In this document: positions 26,736 to 35,948 of the stretch, piece after piece
Layout of the letters: each line of letters opens with the position of its first letter
How positions within the stretch are numbered: position 1 is the first letter of the stretch
Virus record (IMG/VR): IMGVR_UViG_3300020474_002475
Coordinates: 32,001 to 96,000 of that record
Direction: 5' to 3' (one strand)
Length of the DNA: 64,000 bases
DNA from: a virus
Translations under genes and position numbers: made by a program
The notes under the pieces: generated by a model
What the model was told of the DNA's origin: nothing
The model's database searches: none
What the model saw: only the letters and a program-made list of their open reading frames with translations

Positions 26736-28201
26736 TGATATTGTGTGATCCTGCAGCAGAACGTGCTGTTCTTAGCACCATTATGCAAAATGGTGACAAA
26801 TCTTACTTGGAAATTTCTGATATAGTAAATGAATCTACGTTTACTGTTGATAGCAACCAATATTTGTATCAGTGTTTAAAGCACATTTGCGAACAAAGCT
26901 CATGCAGCAATATAGATATTGCTTCTGTATTTTCTGCGGCTCAAGAACTTGGATTATCTCATTTATTAAACACAAAGTCGGAAGCCCAGCATATTAAAGC
27001 AATCAAAGATTTTCCTGTAGAAAAAAGCAATCTTAGGAAATTTGGTGCAAAAATTAAAAAATTAGAGATTGCCAGAGATCTACATAAACAGCTTAAAGAT
27101 ACACAAGACAAGATTTTAGACATTAACGGAAATGAAAGCATAACTTCTATTTTGGGTATAGCAGAAGATTCGATATTTGATTTTTCTTCTAAGTTAAATG
27201 ATTCAGAATCTGGACCACAAACAATCGGTGAGAATATTGAAGACTATGTAAAGTATCTAGAAGAAAATCCCATCGAACAAGTTGGTATTTCTACAGGCTT
27301 TCCTGTATATGATAAGTCTATTGGTGGAGGTTTGAGAAAGAGTACCGTAAATGTTATAGCTGCTAGACCTAAAACTGGTAAAACATTGTTGTCTGACAAT
27401 ATGGGATATTATATAGCAAACACCTTGAATATTCCTGTTTTAAATATGGACACGGAAATGACTAGAGAGGATCATGTTCATAGATTATTGGCTATGTCAA
27501 CAGAGATAGAAATGAATCAAATAGAGACAGGTAGGTTCGCAGAATCTCCTAATCTTAAAAAGAAGATATATGAAAGCGCTAATAAAATTTCTAAGATACC
27601 ATACTACCATAAAAGCATTGCAGGTAAACCATTCGAAGAACAATTAGCGGTAATGAGAAGATGGATAGTTAAAGAAGTAGGCTTAAAACCAGATGGTACA
27701 GCTAAAGACTGTGTTGTATTTTACGATTACTTAAAATTAATGGATACTCAAGGTATGAGTCAAGATCTAAAAGAGTATCAAGTTTTAGGTTTTATGATGA
27801 CGCAATTACATAATTTTTCTACTAAATATGGCATTCCTGTTGTCGCTTTTGTTCAGTTAAATAGAGATGGCATTACAAAAGAGTCGACAGATACGGCAAG
27901 CGGTTCTGATAGAATTATCTGGCTATGTAGCAATTTTACAATATTTAAAAAGAAAACAGATGAAGAAATTGCAGAAGACGGACCAGACAATGGCAATAGA
28001 AAACTAATACCAATTATTAGTCGTCATGGCGGAGGATTAGACGACAATGATTATATAAACTGTCATATGAAAGGCTGGTGTGCTAAAATTGCTGAAGGTC
28101 AAACTAGATTAGAATTAACTTCAGGTGGTAGTAATAACTTTAAAGATGATGGGTTCATAGTAAATGAAAATGATGAAAATGAAAAAATTGAATTCGTATG
28201 A
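26735..28201 (+). CDS. dnaB: Replicative DNA helicase DnaB
   Basis: AERAVL, GISTGFP, AARPKTGKT, DTEM, FYDYLKL, FVQLNR. Confidence 0.95.
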   Translation: MILCDPAAERAVLSTIMQNGDKSYLEISDIVNESTFTVDSNQYLYQCLKHICEQSSCSNIDIASVFSAAQELGLSHLLNTKSEAQHIKAIKDFPVEKSNLRKFGAKIKKLEIARDLHKQLKDTQDKILDINGNESITSILGIAEDSIFDFSSKLNDSESGPQTIGENIEDYVKYLEENPIEQVGISTGFPVYDKSIGGGLRKSTVNVIAARPKTGKTLLSDNMGYYIANTLNIPVLNMDTEMTREDHVHRLLAMSTEIEMNQIETGRFAESPNLKKKIYESANKISKIPYYHKSIAGKPFEEQLAVMRRWIVKEVGLKPDGTAKDCVVFYDYLKLMDTQGMSQDLKEYQVLGFMMTQLHNFSTKYGIPVVAFVQLNRDGITKESTDTASGSDRIIWLCSNFTIFKKKTDEEIAEDGPDNGNRKLIPIISRHGGGLDDNDYINCHMKGWCAKIAEGQTRLELTSGGSNNFKDDGFIVNENDENEKIEFV

Positions 28202-29318
28202 CCAAGCCAAGTTAAAGGCTATGTCAGACAGCTTGTGTGATAATATAGAAGAACTATTAGATGTCTTAGATGTTACAGACTACAGGATATCTGATAAAAT
28301 GGTTATTTGTAGTTGTCCAATACACGGTGGAGATAATCCGTCTGCATTTAATTTATACCACACTGGAGATAGCTATAGGGGCAATTGGAAATGCAGGACT
28401 CACAATTGCGAAGAAATATTTAAACCTTCTATACTGGGTTTTATTAGAGGATGTCTGTCTAATAAAAAGTATGATTGGTCTTCGAAAGAAGGTCAGGTTT
28501 GTACATTTAAAGAAACAATAACTTTTGCTGAACGCTTTTTAGGCAATAAACTTGATGACATAAAAATATCTAGCAAACAAAAAGAAAAAACTAGCTTTGT
28601 TAATGTTGTTAAATATATCAATACAAAAAACGAAGAAGAAACAAATAAAATACCTAGAAGCACAATTGTCTCGTCTCTAGATATACCATCCAAATACTTT
28701 ATAGAAAGAGGTTTTTCTAAAGACATTTTACTTAAATATGACGTAGGAGACTGCAATACAGCAAGCAAACCTATGTTTGGCAGGGCAGTGGTGCCAGTAT
28801 ATGATCAAGATTATAAATATATGGTTGGATGTACTGGAAGATCTATAGACAATAAATGTAATAAATGTTCATGTTATCATAAAAGTTCGGAATGTCCACC
28901 AGAAGATAAGCAATATCTGCATTCTAAATGGAGACATAATTTTGGTTTTAAAACACAAAACCACTTATATAACTACTGGTTTGCAAAAGACCATATAAAG
29001 AAAACGGGTAAGGTTATATTAGTAGAAAGTCCCGGTAATGTATGGAGACTAGAAGAGGCTGGTATACACAATTCTGTCGCCTTATTTGGTGCTTCATTAG
29101 CAGATATACAAAAAATGATTTTAGATATATCTGGAGCAATGACTATATATACTATTATGGACAATGATGACGCCGGTAAAAAAGCAGCGGAAAATATATA
29201 TAAAAAATGTGAAAGAATATACAATGTTCATAACATAGAGCTTGAACAGGCAGATGTAGCTAGTATGAATGTTGATCAAGTTAAGGACTTTATAAAACCA
29301 AGGATAGACCATGACTAA
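28164..29318 (+). CDS. dnaG: DNA primase DnaG-like (CHC2 zinc finger plus TOPRIM)
   Basis: CPIHGGDNPSAF...WKCRTHNC, GRAVVP, GCTGR, ILVESPGNV, MDNDDAG. Confidence 0.9.
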   Translation: MKMMKMKKLNSYDQAKLKAMSDSLCDNIEELLDVLDVTDYRISDKMVICSCPIHGGDNPSAFNLYHTGDSYRGNWKCRTHNCEEIFKPSILGFIRGCLSNKKYDWSSKEGQVCTFKETITFAERFLGNKLDDIKISSKQKEKTSFVNVVKYINTKNEEETNKIPRSTIVSSLDIPSKYFIERGFSKDILLKYDVGDCNTASKPMFGRAVVPVYDQDYKYMVGCTGRSIDNKCNKCSCYHKSSECPPEDKQYLHSKWRHNFGFKTQNHLYNYWFAKDHIKKTGKVILVESPGNVWRLEEAGIHNSVALFGASLADIQKMILDISGAMTIYTIMDNDDAGKKAAENIYKKCERIYNVHNIELEQADVASMNVDQVKDFIKPRIDHD

Positions 29319-30036
29319 AATTATAGCATTTTCTGGAAAAAAACAGTCAGGTAAAAATACCTGTGCAAATTTTATATATTCTACATATATGGCAAATCTT
29401 AAAATTAGTAAAAAAATACACATCAATGATCTTGGAGAAATAGAAGTATCTGATCTCTTTGGTAAAAAAGAATATTCGGGAATATTTAATCCAGAAAGAT
29501 ATGATTCTACAGATTTTATTTTACAACAAGCACTAACAAAAGTTAATCCTCATATTAAACTTTATAGCTTTGCTGAACCTCTTAAAACGGATATCTGTAT
29601 TAATATATTGGGACTAAGCTATGAACAATGTTATGGGTCGGATAATGATAAAAATTCAATAACAGATTTACAATGGGAAAACAAAAACTTAACAGCTAGA
29701 GATGTTATGCAAATTGTTGGTACAGACATTTTACGAAAAATGAAACCAGATGTTTGGACTAGCGCACTAATAAGAAAAATCAAAAGCGATAACCCCAATC
29801 TAGCCATTATTACAGATTGTAGATTTCCTAACGAAGTTGATTGCATACAAGACAATGAAGGTGTTGTTATTCGTTTAACAAGAAGTACTAGTGATTCTCA
29901 ACATAGCAGTGAAACTATCCTAGATAGGAACAATTATGCGTGGGACAATTTTGACTATGTACTCGATAATAACAATTTGGATATATATAATCAGTCTTTG
30001 TCAATAGAAAAAATACTAAAAGAGGTGTTATCATAA
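29311..30036 (+). CDS. Deoxynucleoside monophosphate kinase
   Basis: GKKQSGKNT P-loop, SFAEPLK, TARDVMQIVGT, ITDCRFPNE, HSSE. Confidence 0.88.
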   Translation: MTKIIAFSGKKQSGKNTCANFIYSTYMANLKISKKIHINDLGEIEVSDLFGKKEYSGIFNPERYDSTDFILQQALTKVNPHIKLYSFAEPLKTDICINILGLSYEQCYGSDNDKNSITDLQWENKNLTARDVMQIVGTDILRKMKPDVWTSALIRKIKSDNPNLAIITDCRFPNEVDCIQDNEGVVIRLTRSTSDSQHSSETILDRNNYAWDNFDYVLDNNNLDIYNQSLSIEKILKEVLS

Positions 30037-31082
30037 TTATTACATATTTTCGTAGTTCTAGCTATAACACACACAATATGTGTGAACAACAATATCTATT
30101 TGATTATGTTCTTGGCTATAGATCTCCGTCTAATAAAAAAGCAGACAAAGGTACAATTGTACACAAAATATTGGAAATATTAGCTTTTGTTAAATTTACC
30201 ATACAAAAAAATGAACAAACATTTGAAGATGATATTTTGGGTAAAATCAATGTTTATAATTATGATTTAGACGATATTATTGATAGAGTCTATAATTTTT
30301 ACACATCGCACTTTACACATCATGAATGGAAAGATGTGGACCATAGAGATTGTAAAAAATGGAGTTATAAAGCGATAGAATATGCAGGAGGTATGTTTGA
30401 TCCTAGAAATAGAACCATCTTATATCCAGAACAAAGATTTGATATAACAATTGAAAAGCCTTGGGCAGAGTATGAATATGAATTGCCTAGCGGAGAAAAA
30501 CTAAAAGGACACCTATCTATTAAGGGTACTATCGATTTAATTACCAAACCAAGTGACAATACATTAGAAATCGTCGACTGGAAAACAGGGAGAAGACTTG
30601 ACTGGGCTACAGGACAAGAAAAAACTCAAGAAAAACTAGAAACAGATCCGCAGCTTATGATATACTATTATGCTGCTCAAAAACTCTATCCTGAAATAGA
30701 TCATTGTATCGTAACGATATACTTCATTAATGATGGTGGTCCTTTTAGTATGACATTCGACAAATCGCATTTACAAAAAACGGAAGACTTACTAAGAGAA
30801 AAATTTTATAAAATTAAACAATCCAATAAACCTCGACTATCTAAAACTTGGAAATGTAGAAAATTGTGTCATTATGGTAAAAATACTTTTCAAGGACATG
30901 ATAGTATATTGCCGATGCTTGAATATAGAGAAGGTCAAGTATGTAATCCGGGATATAATATGACGATGTGCGAACAAGTAGCTCATGACATAAAAACTAA
31001 AGGTTTAAAAAATGTTGTTGACGAATACACTGTTCCAGGGTATAATGTAGGACATTACCAAGCTCCTGGAAGTACAGAATGA
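30033..31082 (+). CDS. Cas4/AddB-like PD-(D/E)XK nuclease, probable non-canonical ATA start
   Basis: FRSSSY...MC N-terminal motif, GTIVHKILE, KGTIDL, IVDWKTG, QLMIY, C-terminal CRKLC...C (Fe-S staple pattern); frame open from TAA 29988 with no ATG/GTG/TTG before 30078; GAGGTG at 30022. Confidence 0.85.
   Translation: MIITYFRSSSYNTHNMCEQQYLFDYVLGYRSPSNKKADKGTIVHKILEILAFVKFTIQKNEQTFEDDILGKINVYNYDLDDIIDRVYNFYTSHFTHHEWKDVDHRDCKKWSYKAIEYAGGMFDPRNRTILYPEQRFDITIEKPWAEYEYELPSGEKLKGHLSIKGTIDLITKPSDNTLEIVDWKTGRRLDWATGQEKTQEKLETDPQLMIYYYAAQKLYPEIDHCIVTIYFINDGGPFSMTFDKSHLQKTEDLLREKFYKIKQSNKPRLSKTWKCRKLCHYGKNTFQGHDSILPMLEYREGQVCNPGYNMTMCEQVAHDIKTKGLKNVVDEYTVPGYNVGHYQAPGSTE
31018..31046 (+). promoter_or_regulatory. 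Sigma70-like promoter upstream of dnaE-N
   Basis: TTGACG-N17-TATAAT inside the 3' end of the nuclease gene. Confidence 0.65.
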
Positions 31083-32953
31083 AAAATTATATTCCATTAC
31101 ATGTTCACAGTCATTATTCTCTATTAGATGGCTTATCTAAGCCCGAACAAATAGCAAATAGATGCAATAAGATTGGAGTAAATAGCTGTGCTATTACAGA
31201 CCATGGCTCTATCTCCGGTGCAGTACAAATGTATTCAGCACTTAAAGCTAAAAATATAAAGCCTATATTAGGCTGTGAACTGTATTTGGCGTTTAACGAC
31301 TCCTGTATAAAAACAAAAGAGAATATAAAATTAACTCACTTTCTTGTTTTGGCCAAGAACTTAGAAGGTTGGAAAAATTTAATAAAAATAGTTTCTACGT
31401 CCAACAGCGAAGAAAACTACTACAGAAAACCTAGACTTTCTATAGATAAACTTAAAGAACTAGTTACTGGCAAAAATTTAATTAGTTTTTGTGGTCACAT
31501 GGGATCTTATTTGCCAGATTTAATAGAACAGCATCCAGATAATTATAAAAAACATTGCCTAAATTTTATAGACGAGATGAAAGATATTTTTGGTAAAGAA
31601 AATTTCTTTTTAGAATCTCAGCTTATGGACAAAGAGTATATGCCTAAGCAGATAGAGCTTTCTGATATAATGAGAGACCTATCGTCTTTATCAAATACCA
31701 AAGTCTTAGCGACCCCCGATGCTCATTACGCAGAGCAAGAGGATGCTATAGATCAAAGAATTCTATTATGCAATAATATTAAAACAACCCTCACTAATAT
31801 TAACAAAAAAATTATTAATGAAGAAAGTGTTCCTTTTGATTGTTTCTTTAAGTCTGATAAGTATTATATTTTATCTCCAGAAGAGATGAATGAATTACAT
31901 AAAGAAGAAGAAATAGAAAACACACAACTGGTAGATAGTATGTGTGAAGAGTATGATATTTTAAATAAGCCCTTATTGCCTCCATTTAGATGTCCTAATG
32001 GTCAAAATCCAGATGAGTATTTAAGACAATTATGTAGAAATGGATGGAAAGAAAAAATAGCAAATAATATACCAAAAGAAAAACATGAAATGTATACTGA
32101 TAGAATTAAAAAAGAATTAGAAGTTTTACAAGGTGCTGACTTGTCTAGTTACTTTTTGATAGTGTCTGATATAGTAAATCATGTCAGGTCCAATGGCTGG
32201 CTTCCTGGTCCAGGCAGAGGCTCGGCTGCTGGGTGCTTGGTGTCATATTTAATTGGTATTACATCTATTGATCCTATACAATACGGATTGATTTTTGAAA
32301 GATTTTATAATTCTGGCAGAAATACAGAAGGTAGAGTTTCTATGCCAGATATCGATGTAGACGTACCTATTAATAAAAGAGAAAACATCATTTCATATAT
32401 TCGACAAAGATATGGTAGTGACAAAGTTTCTCAGATGATTACTTTTAATACCATGAAAGGTCGTGGCGCATTAAAAGAAGTTCTGCGTGTTTATGGCAAT
32501 ATCAGTTTTGACGAAATGAATCAAATTACTAAATTTATTCCTGATGAGGCCAAAATAGCAGATGAACTACAAGAAATGAAAGCAGATCATGGGGAAGCAT
32601 CAATTATTAGATGGGCATTAGAAAACAATGCAGATAAATTAAAAGATTGGTGCCACATTTCACAAGATGGCAAAAACAGATTGTCAGGACCACTTGCCAA
32701 AAGGTTTGAGCAGGCTATTAGATTAGAGGGCACTAAATCAAACCAGTCTAAGCATGCCGCCGGTGTAGTTATTAGTAGTCACAATTTGAGTGATATATGT
32801 CCGATGATTTACGATACTAAAAACAAAACCACTATAGCGGGTATGGAGATGCAAGATTTAGAATCCATAGGTATAATCAAATTTGATATTTTGGGAGTAG
32901 CTATGCTAGATAAAGTAATGTCCATATCCGATATTTTATTAAATGGAGAATAA
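31079..32953 (+). CDS. dnaE: DNA polymerase III alpha, N-terminal part (PHP plus palm/thumb)
   Basis: LHVHSHYSLLDG, AITDHG, DAHY, GPGRGSAAG, FERF, MPDIDVD, HAAGVVI, KFDILG then stop. Confidence 0.95.
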   Translation: MKNYIPLHVHSHYSLLDGLSKPEQIANRCNKIGVNSCAITDHGSISGAVQMYSALKAKNIKPILGCELYLAFNDSCIKTKENIKLTHFLVLAKNLEGWKNLIKIVSTSNSEENYYRKPRLSIDKLKELVTGKNLISFCGHMGSYLPDLIEQHPDNYKKHCLNFIDEMKDIFGKENFFLESQLMDKEYMPKQIELSDIMRDLSSLSNTKVLATPDAHYAEQEDAIDQRILLCNNIKTTLTNINKKIINEESVPFDCFFKSDKYYILSPEEMNELHKEEEIENTQLVDSMCEEYDILNKPLLPPFRCPNGQNPDEYLRQLCRNGWKEKIANNIPKEKHEMYTDRIKKELEVLQGADLSSYFLIVSDIVNHVRSNGWLPGPGRGSAAGCLVSYLIGITSIDPIQYGLIFERFYNSGRNTEGRVSMPDIDVDVPINKRENIISYIRQRYGSDKVSQMITFNTMKGRGALKEVLRVYGNISFDEMNQITKFIPDEAKIADELQEMKADHGEASIIRWALENNADKLKDWCHISQDGKNRLSGPLAKRFEQAIRLEGTKSNQSKHAAGVVISSHNLSDICPMIYDTKNKTTIAGMEMQDLESIGIIKFDILGVAMLDKVMSISDILLNGE

Positions 32954-33137
32954 TAAAATGCAAAAAGAATTTAAAGAAGTAAATGTCAATGAAACTTTTA
33001 GTGTAAACGGTAAACAATATGTTAAAGTTAACCCAGTTAAAGTTAGCTGTTGCCGTAGTGTAAACTGTCACGCTGTTAACAGTCCAAAGGATAGGACGTT
33101 TTTACAGCCCAACTCGAAGGTAGAGGTGCAAGATTAA
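32943..33137 (+). CDS. Small beta-rich hypothetical protein between the dnaE halves
   Basis: 64 aa with SCCRSVNC; overlaps the dnaE-N stop. Confidence 0.7.
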   Translation: MENNKMQKEFKEVNVNETFSVNGKQYVKVNPVKVSCCRSVNCHAVNSPKDRTFLQPNSKVEVQD

Positions 33138-33834
33138 TAGGAATAAGATTTGTGTATTTGACTTGGAAACTGACGGCGTCAATCCAGAAGTTTGCAGTCC
33201 TGTACAAATTGCTGCGGTTATTGTGGATCCTTTGAAATTAGAAATCGTACCAGACTCCGAGTTTAATATTACTCTTAAGCCGGAGTCCCTGGAACAAAAT
33301 CCTGAATATTGCTATGATGATTCTGATGTTTTAGATTTTCATGCAAAAGTTAGAGGGGTAAGCAAGGCTAAGATTTTAGAATCTTGGAAGAAATACCAAA
33401 AACAGGATCAAGCATGGAAGATGCTTACTAGCTATTTACAAATGTATCATACTAGATCAACTAAAAAGAATTGTTTTAGTGCTCCGATTGCTGCTGGTTA
33501 TAATATTAATAAATTTGATTTACCAATTATCAACAGACTTAGCAGTAAATATAAAACAGTAAACAAAGAAGGAAAGACCGATTTGTTTTATCCCAGAGAT
33601 GTTTTAGATATAATGAATGTAATATTTTATTGGTTCGAAAACAATAATGAACTAAAAAGTTATACATTAGATAATCTGAGAGACTATTTAGGCTTATCAA
33701 AAGAAAATGCTCATGACGCACTAAAAGATGTGCAAGATACTGCTCAAATAATGATAAGGTTTATGAAACTGTTTAGAAGTATGTCGCCAAAAATTAAATT
33801 TAAGGATTCATTTAATAGTACTGCAAATGTCTGA
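33133..33834 (+). CDS. dnaQ: DnaQ-like DEDDh 3'-5' exonuclease, probable non-canonical ATT start
   Basis: ExoI ICVFDLETDG (Asp lies upstream of the TTG at 33163), ExoII AGYNINKFDL, ExoIII AHDALKDV; in-frame TAG at 33121, GAGGTG at 33123. Confidence 0.88.
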   Translation: MNRNKICVFDLETDGVNPEVCSPVQIAAVIVDPLKLEIVPDSEFNITLKPESLEQNPEYCYDDSDVLDFHAKVRGVSKAKILESWKKYQKQDQAWKMLTSYLQMYHTRSTKKNCFSAPIAAGYNINKFDLPIINRLSSKYKTVNKEGKTDLFYPRDVLDIMNVIFYWFENNNELKSYTLDNLRDYLGLSKENAHDALKDVQDTAQIMIRFMKLFRSMSPKIKFKDSFNSTANV

Positions 33835-35452
33835 ATATTACACTTTTGATTGTGGTTGTAAATTTAAAATACTTGGGAATAGTAAAGAATTTCCTAGTAT
33901 AGATTTTAAACCGACTTTAGATAATTTAAATTTAGAATGTTCTAAAACTTGGGACTTAATATCTTCTGGCAATACCAAAGGATGTTTTCAATTAGAGTCT
34001 AGACTTGGTCAAACCATGTCAAAAAAACTTAAACCCAGAAGTATTGAACATTTGTCTGGATTAATCAGTATTCTTCGTCCAGGATGTCTTGAAGCAGTTA
34101 GGGATGGTAAAACTGTATCTAATCATTATATAGACAAGAAGAATGATCAAGAAACTGTAGATTATTATCATCCTGTTTTAAAAGAATGTCTTGAGAAAAG
34201 CTATGGCGAAATGATCTATCAAGAACAAGCTATGGAAATTGCAAGAGTAGTTTCTGGATTTAATCTGGAAGAAGCAGACATATTAAGAAAAGCAATTGGT
34301 AAGAAAAAAGCGGATTTGATGTCTCAGGTAAAGACTTCATTTATGGCAGGTGCAACCAAAATGGGTTTAGTAAATAAAGAAACCGCTGAAGAAATTTTTG
34401 GTTGGATTGAAAAGAGTCAAAGATATTCTTTTAATAAAAGCCATGCCGTTAGCTACGCTATGAACGCATATCTCTCTGCATACTCTAAGGCTCACTTCCC
34501 CAGAGTATTCTTTGCTTCATATCTTAAATTCGCTAAAGATAAAATAGACCCTCAACAAGAAATAAAAGAGCTGGTACGTAATGCTAACGAAATGGATATA
34601 ACCATCCATACTCCCGATATTAGAGAGCTAAATGAACTCTTTGCAATTAGACAAGGTAAAATATATTTTGGACTAACCGATATAAAAGGTTTAGGTCAAT
34701 CTGTATTTAAAAAATTATTAAAGATTGTTGAAAATGATAATATAGATATCGGCAAATTATCATGGTATCAAATGCTATATAAGATATTATGTAATATAAA
34801 TAGCACTGCTACCAAAGCCCTTATTGCATCAGGAGCATTAGATTATTTCAAAAAAACTCGCACAGAAATGCTATTTGAGTATGATATATTTACATCTCTT
34901 ACTAAGAAGGAAATCGAAAAAGCAGGAGATATTATAGAAAACGGAGCAGTTCCTTTAATCAGCATATTAACAGAATTATTAACTAAAAGAGTTAATATAA
35001 AAAGACAAGCTATAATAAATAATCTTATAGAAACTATCAAGCACCCCCCTTATTCTCTTATTGATAAAATAGAATGGCTATCAGATTCAGAAAATACTTT
35101 GTTAGGAACATCGATAACTTGCTGTAAATTAGACTCATATAATATAGATATGACTAATATGAACTGTAAAGACTTCAAGAAAACATATAAGGTAGAAGAT
35201 ATCATATTGGCTGCCGAAGTGGTTGGGGTTAATGTAACCAAAACTAAAAATGGTAAAAACCCAGGTGCTGAAATGGCATTTGTTACAGGAGAAGATCAAT
35301 ACGGGATGTTAGATTCAATTATTATGTTTCCAGAAACATGGGAAAAATACAGACCTCACGTTTTTGATGGTAATGTTTTAATATTCACGGGCAAAAAGTC
35401 AAAAGCAAAAGACAGTCTAATAGTAGAAAAATGCTTTGTTCCTAAGTCTTGA
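33827..35452 (+). CDS. dnaE: DNA polymerase III alpha, C-terminal part (fingers, HhH, OB fold)
   Basis: GCFQLES, ILRPG, YGEMIYQEQ, ADILRKAIGKK, YSFNKSHAVSYA, FGLTDIKGLG, MAFVTGED. Confidence 0.95.
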   Translation: MSEYYTFDCGCKFKILGNSKEFPSIDFKPTLDNLNLECSKTWDLISSGNTKGCFQLESRLGQTMSKKLKPRSIEHLSGLISILRPGCLEAVRDGKTVSNHYIDKKNDQETVDYYHPVLKECLEKSYGEMIYQEQAMEIARVVSGFNLEEADILRKAIGKKKADLMSQVKTSFMAGATKMGLVNKETAEEIFGWIEKSQRYSFNKSHAVSYAMNAYLSAYSKAHFPRVFFASYLKFAKDKIDPQQEIKELVRNANEMDITIHTPDIRELNELFAIRQGKIYFGLTDIKGLGQSVFKKLLKIVENDNIDIGKLSWYQMLYKILCNINSTATKALIASGALDYFKKTRTEMLFEYDIFTSLTKKEIEKAGDIIENGAVPLISILTELLTKRVNIKRQAIINNLIETIKHPPYSLIDKIEWLSDSENTLLGTSITCCKLDSYNIDMTNMNCKDFKKTYKVEDIILAAEVVGVNVTKTKNGKNPGAEMAFVTGEDQYGMLDSIIMFPETWEKYRPHVFDGNVLIFTGKKSKAKDSLIVEKCFVPKS

Positions 35453-35476
35453 CTTTTGCTGAGTACGACATATAAT
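35449..35476 (+). promoter_or_regulatory. Sigma70-like promoter for ssb
   Basis: TTGACT-N16-TATAAT. Confidence 0.7.
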
Positions 35477-35524
35477 AAACTAGTGTTTGGTTTTGGATTT
35501 TTAATTTTAAATAAGGAGTTTTCA

Positions 35525-35896
35525 ATGAATCTTGTAATTTTAAGAGGTAATTTAGCTAGAGACCCAGAAGTTCGCAGAGTGAATACTGGCGGAAAAGAAA
35601 CCGCTGTAGTGAATTTCACCGTAGCTACTTCTCGTGAATACACGAAGTCTAATGGCGAGAAGGATAAGGTTACTTCTTTTATTAATTGTGAAGCATGGGA
35701 TACCGGTGCTGAAATCATCGGTGAATCTTTTTCTAAGGGAGATCTAGTAATGGTAGAAGGATCTTTACGAAATGATTCCTGGGAAAAAGATGGAGTTAAA
35801 CACAATAGCTTCAAGGTTAGAGTAAATAATTTCTCTAAGCTTACCAAGCTTTCTAGACATAAGGCAGCTAGCAAAGAAGAGCCTGTTGCATTCTAA
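35525..35896 (+). CDS. ssb: Single-stranded DNA-binding protein
   Basis: MNLVILRGNLARDPEVR, NFTVAT, FINCEAW, KGDLVMVEGSL, acidic tail EEPVAF; AAGGAG SD before ATG 35525. Confidence 0.95.
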   Translation: MNLVILRGNLARDPEVRRVNTGGKETAVVNFTVATSREYTKSNGEKDKVTSFINCEAWDTGAEIIGESFSKGDLVMVEGSLRNDSWEKDGVKHNSFKVRVNNFSKLTKLSRHKAASKEEPVAF

Positions 35897-35915
35897 TTAT
35901 TAGGAATCTTATGAG

Positions 35916-35946
35916 CAAAGGGGCTTCACGGCCCCTTTGTATTTTT
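35916..35946 (+). terminator. Rho-independent terminator after ssb
   Basis: CAAAGGGGC-TTCACG-GCCCCTTTG perfect 9-bp stem followed by TATTTTT. Confidence 0.85.
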
Positions 35947-35948
35947 AT

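Noticed and set aside
30033-31082. CRISPR-Cas system suggested by the Cas4-like nuclease
   Set aside because: No repeat-spacer array or other cas genes; stand-alone Cas4/AddB-like nucleases are common in phage replication modules
32900-33950. Split intein or self-splicing intron joining the dnaE halves
   Set aside because: No intein block motifs at either junction, and the gap is fully occupied by two overlapping protein-coding genes with no room for a ribozyme core; not formally excluded without an HMM or CM search
35456-35524. N-terminal extension of SSB from TTG 35456
   Set aside because: It overlaps the promoter; the SSB fold and AAGGAG SD point to ATG 35525
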